The position numbers and the translations under genes are program-made. From Phycisphaerae bacterium (GTDB lineage Bacteria > Planctomycetota > Phycisphaerae > UBA1845), in NCBI GenBank assembly GCA_029260015.1, contig JAJDEB010000036.1, forward strand, positions 1,226,554 through 1,290,553: a stretch of DNA of 64,000 nt. Reading direction: 5' to 3'. Below are positions 57,044 to 64,000 of this stretch, one piece after another. Every line of letters starts with the position of its first letter. Within the stretch, counting starts at the first letter, position 1. The notes under the pieces were generated by a model. The model searched no databases. It was not told the origin of the DNA and saw nothing but the letters and a program-made list of their open reading frames with translations.

Positions 57044-57643
57044 TTATTCGTCTTCCTCGCGCAAACGCATGCTCAGCCAAGCCCGGACGCGTCGCCATTC
57101 ATTTTCAATCGTTCGCGTTGAAAGCTCCAACACCTTCGCGACTTCGGGCACCGTCAGACCGCCAAAAAAGCGAAGCTCAACAATACGCGCCTGACGTTCA
57201 TCGAGTTCGGCCAACTCGCTCAAAACATCATCGAATGCAACGATGTCAACGATGCTGGGTGATGTGCTCTTGATACCAGAAAGTGTCACCCGCTCGCCAC
57301 CCGCCGCACGCTTCAGCGTTCGCTTACCGCGCGCATAGTCTTTCAAAATCTGCCGCATTGCGGTGGCTGCGACGGCAAAAAAATGCGCCCGATCTTCCCA
57401 ACTTGGCGGTGTCGACTTCGCCAGCTTCGCAAACGCTTCGTGTACCAGGGCGGTCGGTTGCAACGTGTGCTGCGGATTCTGCCCTTGAAAGCAACTGCGA
57501 GCCAGAGCGCGCAGGTTCTCGTAAACCAGATCAAACAATTCGCCAGCAGCCCGCGCGTCGCCCTGCCGCATCCGGGCGAGAATCAGAGTCGCATCACCGG
57601 GTGGGTCTTCGGGCATTCCAGCATTTTGGTCAGGTCCAGCCAT
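57044..57643 (-). CDS. ECF-type RNA polymerase sigma factor (kinase-associated type)
   Basis: LVYENLRALA..HTLQPTALVHEAFAKL (region 2). VELRFFGGLTVPEVAKVLELSTRTIE (region 4 HTH). Lies 16 nt upstream of the kinase. Confidence 0.85.
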   Translation of the reverse strand: MAGPDQNAGMPEDPPGDATLILARMRQGDARAAGELFDLVYENLRALARSCFQGQNPQHTLQPTALVHEAFAKLAKSTPPSWEDRAHFFAVAATAMRQILKDYARGKRTLKRAAGGERVTLSGIKSTSPSIVDIVAFDDVLSELAELDERQARIVELRFFGGLTVPEVAKVLELSTRTIENEWRRVRAWLSMRLREEDE

Positions 57644-57841
57644 CGCGCGTTCATTCTACATGCTTCGCGTCTAAGGCACTATTGGGCAACGTGTTACGCA
57701 CTCCTGAGCACGATTCTATATTTTTCGCTGCGGGATTTTCGCGCAGACCTCGTTTACCAGTTAGCCGCAAACGATTCTCACTGGATCGTTTGCAGGCATG
57801 TGGGATGGGGTTTCCGGTCAATCGAAACAGGATGAAAAAAC

Positions 57842-59428
57842 ATGCAGGTTAATCGAATGAAAAAGTGGTTGGTTCAGTTTATGTCCGCAGCGCTGGTCGC
57901 GGGTCTGGTGGTCAATACGGGCGGCTGCACACCGATGGCCCCGACCGGTGGAGGTGACAACAGCGGCGGAGATAATGGAGGAAACGACGGAGGAGGAGAT
58001 GACGGCGGGAATGACGGTGGCAATGATGGCGGAGGAAACGATGGTGGTGGGAATGATGGTGGCAATGACGGAGGCGACAGTGCCAAAGAAGCCATCATCA
58101 AGACTCAGATCATCGTCGGCCAAGGAGGAAAAATCGACTTGGGCGATGACCTGCTTGTCTACGGAGTTGGCAATGACGAAGACGAAAACGTTGTCTTCTC
58201 ACGCTTCAATCAACCGCCCGGCATTCACTTCTTGATTCCGTCCGAAATTGACAAAGACACCGAAGGCGGCACCATGATTCCCGGCAGCGATCAACTCTTC
58301 GGTCACCGTGATTTCGAAGTCGTCGGTAAGAAGGTAGCCCTCGTCCGATCCAACAATTCGATGTCGATCTACGACACGCAGAGCGACAACCTCGTTGACA
58401 TCGACCGGTCGGAAATCACCCTGCACCGCACCCCCACGAATCAGGATGTCCCCGGCAACACGATTTCCGACGGCCGATACGTCGCCACCATCAACGACAC
58501 CGATGAAGTCGCCGACGGGAATGCCATCAAAGTCATCGACACCAGCGGTGACCAGCCCGTCATCCTGAGCTTTCCGAATCCCTTCGGCGAACTCAACGAA
58601 GAAGTGATCGAGTTTAGCCAGGTCATTGTCGACGCCGAAAATCGCCAGGTCGTAGCCGCCGGCACCAGTTTTCAAAACGATTTCTACCTTTGGAATCTCG
58701 ACGACCCCACCGCCGACGCAGAACGCTTCGACGCAGGTCCGGGTACGGAGTTCGGTTTGGTCGGTGAGATGACGCAGATGCGACTCGAAGGCGGCTATCT
58801 GATGTACCATGACACGTCCGACTTCGACCCGGTGGTGACGCTGGTGAACCTCGCCGATCGAACTGTGATGCAGCTCGATCCAAGTCTCGAAGAGTCTCCG
58901 GTTGCGCTTGCGGGCGGTAGTTTCGGGTACTTTCTCTTCGACGAAGAAGCCGACAAGGAAGACACCTCACCGAGCACGCTGATGCTGCGTAGTGGAATCG
59001 GCCAAGTCGCCACCGCGCCAACCGCCACCCGTGCGAGCCAACTCGATCTCTACGAATTCAGAGACAGCAACGTCGATTTGTCATCCGAAGCCGGTCCAAC
59101 TTTTTCGCAGGAAGATTGCGCTGAACAAAAGCGCGTTGGGTATGGCGAAAGCGTCTGCATCACGCCAGATGGCAGTCACTGGTTCATCGCCGGCGGCGGA
59201 CCACCGCGCGCACAGGATTTTGTGCTCATGAGTACCGGAGGCGCATTCACCGATTTCGCTGATCCGGAAGGCACGACAATAACGGGCTCGCTAATGGGCG
59301 CGGACGTCGTCTGCACGTCGGAAGTCGTGGCCTTTCGCGGCTTGCGTGACACGGGCGATGGTACTGGTTGTATTCCGCAACAAGACTGGGTGATCTCGAT
59401 CATCGTGCTGGATCGGTTGGTGAATTAG
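57842..59428 (+). CDS. hypothetical lipoprotein with Gly/Asn/Asp-rich linker
   Basis: Lipobox NTGG-C. A 44-aa G/N/D low-complexity tract, then a beta-rich domain. Followed by a rho-independent terminator. Confidence 0.65.
   Translation: MQVNRMKKWLVQFMSAALVAGLVVNTGGCTPMAPTGGGDNSGGDNGGNDGGGDDGGNDGGNDGGGNDGGGNDGGNDGGDSAKEAIIKTQIIVGQGGKIDLGDDLLVYGVGNDEDENVVFSRFNQPPGIHFLIPSEIDKDTEGGTMIPGSDQLFGHRDFEVVGKKVALVRSNNSMSIYDTQSDNLVDIDRSEITLHRTPTNQDVPGNTISDGRYVATINDTDEVADGNAIKVIDTSGDQPVILSFPNPFGELNEEVIEFSQVIVDAENRQVVAAGTSFQNDFYLWNLDDPTADAERFDAGPGTEFGLVGEMTQMRLEGGYLMYHDTSDFDPVVTLVNLADRTVMQLDPSLEESPVALAGGSFGYFLFDEEADKEDTSPSTLMLRSGIGQVATAPTATRASQLDLYEFRDSNVDLSSEAGPTFSQEDCAEQKRVGYGESVCITPDGSHWFIAGGGPPRAQDFVLMSTGGAFTDFADPEGTTITGSLMGADVVCTSEVVAFRGLRDTGDGTGCIPQQDWVISIIVLDRLVN
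57947..58078 (+). repeat. coding low-complexity (G-G-N-D)n tract
   Basis: Encodes GGGDNSGGDNGGNDGGGDDGGNDGGNDGGGNDGGGNDGGNDGGD in the lipoprotein 57842..59428. Confidence 0.85.
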
Positions 59429-59487
59429 AGTGTTTATCGCATTTAACTTGAAACAATGACCGCCAGTGTTGGCGTTCATTCGCGCCC

Positions 59488-59529
59488 GCCCCGGGACTGC
59501 CTCCAACCGAGGTGTCCCGGGGCATTTTT
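59488..59529 (+). terminator. rho-independent terminator
   Basis: 10-bp GC stem GCCCCGGGAC/GTCCCGGGGC with a 16-nt loop, followed by ATTTTT. Lies 60 nt after the stop of gene 57842..59428. Confidence 0.75.
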
Positions 59530-59693
59530 GCGCGCAGAGCATACACAAGTTTCGACAAGCGGCTGTCATCACGAACTTTCCCAGTTGCTGTTAGAATAAT
59601 GGAAATGGCTACGGGCTGACGAGGCTCAAGCTTCGACGCAATCGCACTGCTTTCAAAATGGGCCACCCGTCTTTGAATCGAGGATGACCAAAC

Positions 59694-60710
59694 ATGCTAA
59701 GAACGCTGCTTTGTATTGCCACGCTATCGACATTTGCATCCGTCGCAGTTGCAGATGAAAAGCAAGCCCCAGCCGAACAACCGCAGGGCGTTGATAAAAT
59801 CTGCGTCGAAGCGAAAGCCGTGCGCCCAGTCGTCACGTCTGCAATCGCAAGAACCTACCTCGATGCTGCCCCGAAGTTGCCGCGCATCGCAGGCCGCAAA
59901 CTATACGTCGATGAAAGCACCCGCACTTACTACAGCCCCCAACATCGTATCAAGATTGAAAAAGAGCAAAGCATCACCCTCGTCGAGAAAGACGTCTCCG
60001 AGAACTTCTATTACAACACCAAATATGGTACGCCAATTGCTTACGTCCGCGCCCTCGAACTCTATGCCCCCCACTCTGACGGCAAGTTAGCTGGCAAGCG
60101 CATTCTCGATTTCGGGTATGGCAACATCGGCCAACTCCGCATGCTGGCTGCGTGCGGAGTCGATGCGGTTGGCGTGGATGTCGATCCGCTATTTCGCGAA
60201 CTGTATAGCCAGCCCGAAGATCAAGGTGACGTACCCAACGACAGCGGCAAACCCGGTCACGTCAAAATCATCGACGGCCGCTTTCCAGAAATCAGCGATG
60301 AAGTCGGCGGTGGTTACGATTTGATCACGTCAAAGAACACACTAAAGAATGGTTTCTTCAACCCCGAGCGCGAAGTTCCCAAGGAGCGGCTCGTAGACCT
60401 CGGCGTGTCGCTCGAAGAATTCGCCAAGACCATCCACAAAGCCCTCAAACCGGGCGGCGCATTCGTGATCTACAACATCTGCCCTGCCCCCAGCAAACCA
60501 GACGAACCCTACAAACACTGGGCCGACGGTAGAAGCCCGTTCAGCAAAGAAATGCTAGAGTCAGCCGGCTTCCAAGTCGCCAGCTATAACACCAACGACG
60601 ACAAAGAAACCAGAAAGATGGCCAAAGCCCTGGGATGGGGAAAGCCCGATGGAGGCATGGACCTCGAAAACGACCTGTTTGGGTTCTATACAATCGCGAT
60701 TAGGAATTAG
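59694..60710 (+). CDS. class I SAM-dependent methyltransferase-like protein with N-terminal signal peptide
   Basis: MLRTLLCIATLSTFASVAVA-DE. Motif I ILDFGYGNIGQL. Also DVD and LKPGGAFVIY. Confidence 0.7.
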   Translation: MLRTLLCIATLSTFASVAVADEKQAPAEQPQGVDKICVEAKAVRPVVTSAIARTYLDAAPKLPRIAGRKLYVDESTRTYYSPQHRIKIEKEQSITLVEKDVSENFYYNTKYGTPIAYVRALELYAPHSDGKLAGKRILDFGYGNIGQLRMLAACGVDAVGVDVDPLFRELYSQPEDQGDVPNDSGKPGHVKIIDGRFPEISDEVGGGYDLITSKNTLKNGFFNPEREVPKERLVDLGVSLEEFAKTIHKALKPGGAFVIYNICPAPSKPDEPYKHWADGRSPFSKEMLESAGFQVASYNTNDDKETRKMAKALGWGKPDGGMDLENDLFGFYTIAIRN

Positions 60711-60903
60711 CACAAGTGGGTGCGAGTTAAGCTTGCGCTCGACGCCGACACAATGCGAGTTAGGAAAGCCATCATTGCTATGAAAGTAGCCGAACTTGGA
60801 CTCAACCACGCCGTCTTGATATGCTACCGCAGGAAGTTAGCCATGAGCCAGCTAATTACTTACGCCGAATTGGATGGCGACATTCCAAGCCTGGAGTTTT
60901 GCA

Positions 60904-61545
60904 ATGGGCATTGTAACTTGCGATGTTGCTTTCGCAGACCAACTACCCACGTTGGGGCAAATTTGCGCGAAGATCGAATCGATTTGCACCCTTCCTGTCG
61001 TCATCATTGAATCTAGCACTGACGAACTGCAAGACATTGACGCGACGATCGCATTCGAATGCGATCAGGATTGCAAGCTACAACTCTCAGCGTACCGCCC
61101 TGGAGCGATCGATAGATTTTGCAACGATGAATTCAGCGAGGATCCTCAATTCGGCGAAGTAATGAAACGTGTCATGAAAAGTGCGGGCGAAGCCCACGAA
61201 CAGCGGAGTATTCATCTTCGATCTTACGTTGGCTTGGAACCCGCACTAATGTGTACGACAGCACTCGCATTGGAGGCACTTGGCGGCACACCGTGTAAGC
61301 CGATCGGCGACGAAGAACGAGCCGAATACGGCCGTCCAATCACAGAATCGGAATTAATGCGGCGCTACGAATTGCAGCGGAAAGACAATCGATCGATGAG
61401 TTGGCTTTTCATTTTGTTGCTTCCGGTGTTAATTCCACTATGGATTGTCACGATGATCTGGTTCATACTCACGCTCCCGTTTGGATTGATGCGTGCGAAT
61501 CGGCTGGTCAAGAGTATTCGCAACGGCGAGTCGATAGGCATGTGA
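60904..61545 (+). CDS. hypothetical protein with C-terminal TM hairpin
   Basis: GGAG lies 9 nt upstream of ATG 60904 (alternative ATG 60874). C-terminal region is WLFILLLPVLIPLWIVTMIWFILTLPFGLM. Confidence 0.5.
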   Translation: MGIVTCDVAFADQLPTLGQICAKIESICTLPVVIIESSTDELQDIDATIAFECDQDCKLQLSAYRPGAIDRFCNDEFSEDPQFGEVMKRVMKSAGEAHEQRSIHLRSYVGLEPALMCTTALALEALGGTPCKPIGDEERAEYGRPITESELMRRYELQRKDNRSMSWLFILLLPVLIPLWIVTMIWFILTLPFGLMRANRLVKSIRNGESIGM

Positions 61546-61597
61546 CCGGCAATTCGATTGATGTTGTCTAGATACTAAGCGCAAGGAGTACGGCACG

Positions 61598-61900
61598 ATG
61601 CGATACCTGATCTGTATTGGAATACTGATGCTCGTTGGATGCACTGCCCCGGTGGTGACAACCACAGAAGAACAGGCGAGAATGACCTGCGACGACCTTG
61701 GCTTCAGTGAAGCCGGTTTTAACAACACTGTCGCGCTTGCCGAGCGCGACCGAGATGACGGATTCTCAGCCGCCGAATCAAAAGGCTTCGCTTCCGGCGG
61801 ATGCACAGGCACTTGCGACGACCCCGACGACGATGCGAATTGCTTCTCTGACTGTACGACATGCGCCAATGCGGTGATCGACTTCGTGTTCTCGCAATAG
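61598..61900 (+). CDS. small Cys-rich lipoprotein
   Basis: AAGGAG lies 9 nt upstream. Lipobox MLVG-C. Six further Cys and Asp-rich stretches. Confidence 0.6.
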   Translation: MRYLICIGILMLVGCTAPVVTTTEEQARMTCDDLGFSEAGFNNTVALAERDRDDGFSAAESKGFASGGCTGTCDDPDDDANCFSDCTTCANAVIDFVFSQ

Positions 61901-61937
61901 TCGTGATTGGTGTGAGCGGCTTAAAGGGTTTTTCCAG

Positions 61938-62108
61938 ATGGATCAATCGCCCGTCAGACGCTCAGAGAAAGCACAGCAGTCCGCAAGAACGCACCGAAGC
62001 ATGTTTGGTGCGATTCGTTTTCTATCGATTGTCTGCGTGTTATTCATCGTCATCTGCATTCCCTGTTTCGTCATCATTTACAAATTGATACCGACTATTC
62101 TCGACTGA
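61938..62108 (+). CDS. small membrane protein (56 aa), not in the ORF track
   Basis: MDQSPVRRSEKAQQSARTHRSMFGAIRFLSIVCVLFIVICIPCFVIIYKLIPTILD. Basic N-terminus plus one TM helix. Stop TGA 62106-62108 abuts ATG 62109 of the next gene. Confidence 0.4.
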   Translation: MDQSPVRRSEKAQQSARTHRSMFGAIRFLSIVCVLFIVICIPCFVIIYKLIPTILD

Positions 62109-62846
62109 ATGAATTTGATGGCAGTATTCCTGACTACACTATTCCTCTCACTCGCACTCGCCGACGATCCGCCCAAGCCTTTCTGGCAAGTCGACTACGA
62201 ACGCGGAGCCAAATCCTTTTCGCACCGCGAATACGTCGATGTCATCAGATATTTTGAGCGGGCGCTTCCCAAAGCGGCTCAGGACAAAGCCGCTCGTCAG
62301 ACCGAAATCATTGCGGAAATGCGATATGGCTTAGGGATTTCATACAAGGCGCTTGCCGAAAAAGAAAAAAACGTGTGGTCCCGGAAAACTAAGTATACGG
62401 CTGCCAGCATGGCTTTTCGCCGCGCTCGGTCCTGGTATATAAAGCTTCGCGGCCCCGACGATCCGATCATCATAGAAATCACCCACGAACTTGCGGAAGT
62501 TCACGAGTTCAAAATACTCGAATCGGACAACCTCAACAGCTACTTCGGCCAACGACCCGGCGTTCAGAATAACATCGAAGGCGTCTGGGAGGCCTATCTC
62601 GAAGTCCTCGCTTACAAGGAAAAACGTCTCGGGCCAGACGACCGAGATGTTGTCAAATATCGCAACAAAATCCGCCGAAAACTCTGGACCACGATCCGCC
62701 GCATGCGCGAATTGATCAAGTCATGCAAACATGAGAAATGGGTGTACCACGCCGAAGCCGAATTGAGCGAGTTGGAAGAACTCGCAGACAGCCTGAAAGC
62801 TGCCAACAAAACCGTCGAGGAAGTTGTGGATCAAACAACGAATTAG
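62109..62846 (+). CDS. secreted helical-repeat (TPR-like) protein
   Basis: Signal peptide MNLMAVFLTTLFLSLALA-DD. LRGPDDP and LGPDDRD helices resemble TPR_10/12 repeats. Confidence 0.55.
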   Translation: MNLMAVFLTTLFLSLALADDPPKPFWQVDYERGAKSFSHREYVDVIRYFERALPKAAQDKAARQTEIIAEMRYGLGISYKALAEKEKNVWSRKTKYTAASMAFRRARSWYIKLRGPDDPIIIEITHELAEVHEFKILESDNLNSYFGQRPGVQNNIEGVWEAYLEVLAYKEKRLGPDDRDVVKYRNKIRRKLWTTIRRMRELIKSCKHEKWVYHAEAELSELEELADSLKAANKTVEEVVDQTTN

Positions 62847-62868
62847 TTCGGATTATTCACCTCATCAA

Positions 62869-64000
62869 CTAACCAGCCCAGTGCGTTTCTTCCTCGGATG
62901 GCGTTTCATCGGCGTCCAGCGCGGCGAGGTGTTCGGGTTTGAAGTAGCGGCTTGCCATGCTGCGCAGCGGGACAAGCAGCGCAATAAACAATGGGAACAG
63001 CAGTCGCAGGCTTTGGATGGGGATCAGACTGACGACACTCAGGACGGCAAGGCATGCCGCTTGAAAACCGGTGTAAGCGTGCATGATTTTAGTCGGTACG
63101 CGGCGTACGAAGTGCGTCTTGGGATACAGCGACGAATCCATGAACAGCAGCGTCAACCGCTCGAAGAATTGGTTGCCCGCCAGCGACACCACACCCATGA
63201 ACAAGAACACGCCATAGAGCACGGCCATCGGAATCATCTTCAGCACCGGTAGCAAAAGAAGCGACATGCCAATCAAGAAGTGTACGACCAGTCCGGTGAT
63301 GCGATTCTCATTAACATGCAGCACGCGCTCTCGTCGATCGCCTCCCGGGGCAACAACTTCCTCCGTCGTTGCCAAAGATCGAAGGTGAGCCAACGATCGC
63401 ACCGTCGCCGCCACCAGCCACGGCCAGCCGAACACCGAACATACGCCCACCAGCAAACCAACGACAGCAAGGTCCCAGTGATACGCCGCCCCACGCTGCA
63501 ATTTGTTGTCGGGGTTGTTGAGAAGCCTGCCAGTGATGTTATGCGAAAGAAAAATCAGCACTGTCGCCAGGATCGCGGGGCCAATCGCCGCAAACCAACT
63601 CCACATCGGCCCTTCAAACGGATCGACGATCCAGGGGCGTCCATTCGTCGTACCAAATTTCTCCGGTGCATTGAGAGAAGGCAGACTGATTTTATCGCGC
63701 AAGAACAGCGCCACCGCAGCCATGCTCGCGAGCGCGATCGCCGGTCCAAAGTCAGCAAGAAATTCGCGCATCTTCGGTTGGAGGTATCGGCTACTGCGAA
63801 AACGGGAAAGGTTCGTCGCGATGTAAAATGTACCGAGCGCGAGGAGCAATGAAAAGAACGCGATGTCGTGATCGGAATTGTCACCGGCAAAGCTGTTGTT
63901 AAACATTCCGAAAATCGCCCGGAGCGATTCGTAGATGAACAGCATCGACATCAACGCGGCGAAAATTTCATCGGTGAAGCGCGTAAAGAATCGCATCAGC
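62869..64000 (-). CDS. SLC4/band-3-like anion exchanger (HCO3-/borate transporter family), N-terminus beyond window
   Basis: By-eye alignment to eukaryotic AE1 TM5-14: TRFTDEIFAALMSMLFIYES, AYHWDLAVVGLL..FGWPWLVAATVRSLAHLRSL, ENRITGL, PMAVLYGVFLFMGVVSLAGNQFFERL. The frame is open at nt 64000. Confidence 0.8.
   Translation of the reverse strand, partial: LMRFFTRFTDEIFAALMSMLFIYESLRAIFGMFNNSFAGDNSDHDIAFFSLLLALGTFYIATNLSRFRSSRYLQPKMREFLADFGPAIALASMAAVALFLRDKISLPSLNAPEKFGTTNGRPWIVDPFEGPMWSWFAAIGPAILATVLIFLSHNITGRLLNNPDNKLQRGAAYHWDLAVVGLLVGVCSVFGWPWLVAATVRSLAHLRSLATTEEVVAPGGDRRERVLHVNENRITGLVVHFLIGMSLLLLPVLKMIPMAVLYGVFLFMGVVSLAGNQFFERLTLLFMDSSLYPKTHFVRRVPTKIMHAYTGFQAACLAVLSVVSLIPIQSLRLLFPLFIALLVPLRSMASRYFKPEHLAALDADETPSEEETHWAG

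Noticed and set aside
60843-61010. 56-aa Cys/His-rich ORF (MSQLITYAELDGDIPSLEFCNGHCNLRCCFRRPTTHVGANL..) resembling a leader-plus-core RiPP precursor.
   Set aside because: It overlaps the 5' end of the better-supported 213-aa ORF in another frame. Its third-position GC is lower (about 47% against 55% by hand count). No maturation enzyme genes are nearby. A frameshift joining the two frames cannot be excluded.
61861-62088. 75-aa track ORF between the Cys-rich lipoprotein and the TPR-like gene.
   Set aside because: Its sequence is Ser-rich and low-complexity, and it overlaps the preceding gene by 40 nt. The alternative 56-aa frame, with a TM helix and stop-start coupling, is preferred.

Overview
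GC-rich bacterial chromosome segment (spot counts of 60-nt lines give about 55-67% GC, falling to about 38-52% between 60.7 and 62.9 kb). I call about 51 protein genes. I found no rRNA, tRNA, CRISPR array, transposase, integrase or phage gene. The gene content suggests Planctomycetota, Pirellulales-like; this is inference only. The supporting genes are a DUF1559 protein with a prepilin-type N-terminus, an ECF sigma factor followed by a Ser/Thr kinase-TPR protein, a PEP-CTERM protein, many lipoproteins, a CHASE2 cyclase and a GGDEF/HD-GYP protein. Most of the window is housekeeping: nadB, ftsH, icd, mnmE, trpD, rocD, argF, pyrG, kdsB, ribBA, an HMG-CoA lyase plus biotin-carboxylase cluster, an MlaFED-like transporter, and LptE-/BamD-like genes. 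The non-genic structure is richer than the ORF track shows. There are two families of REPIN-like nested palindromes at gene 3' ends, with 4 and 2 copies. Short direct repeats lie in the ftsH and GT2 leaders, a structured non-FMN leader lies in front of ribBA, and a (CAGT)5 repeat overlaps the ribBA stop. I did not find a clear, complete new multi-gene system such as a defence-like enzymatic cluster. The best follow-up candidates are (1) the REPIN-like families, (2) a half-size UvrA with a histone-like basic tail, (3) a biotin carboxylase alpha subunit split into two cistrons, (4) the ribBA leader structure, (5) a low-GC four-gene islet of small exported or membrane proteins that includes a 56-aa ORF missing from the track, and (6) a eukaryote-like SLC4 anion-exchanger homolog cut by the window edge. 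Several ORF-track starts were moved inward where the N-terminal extension runs through a repeat element or a neighbouring gene.
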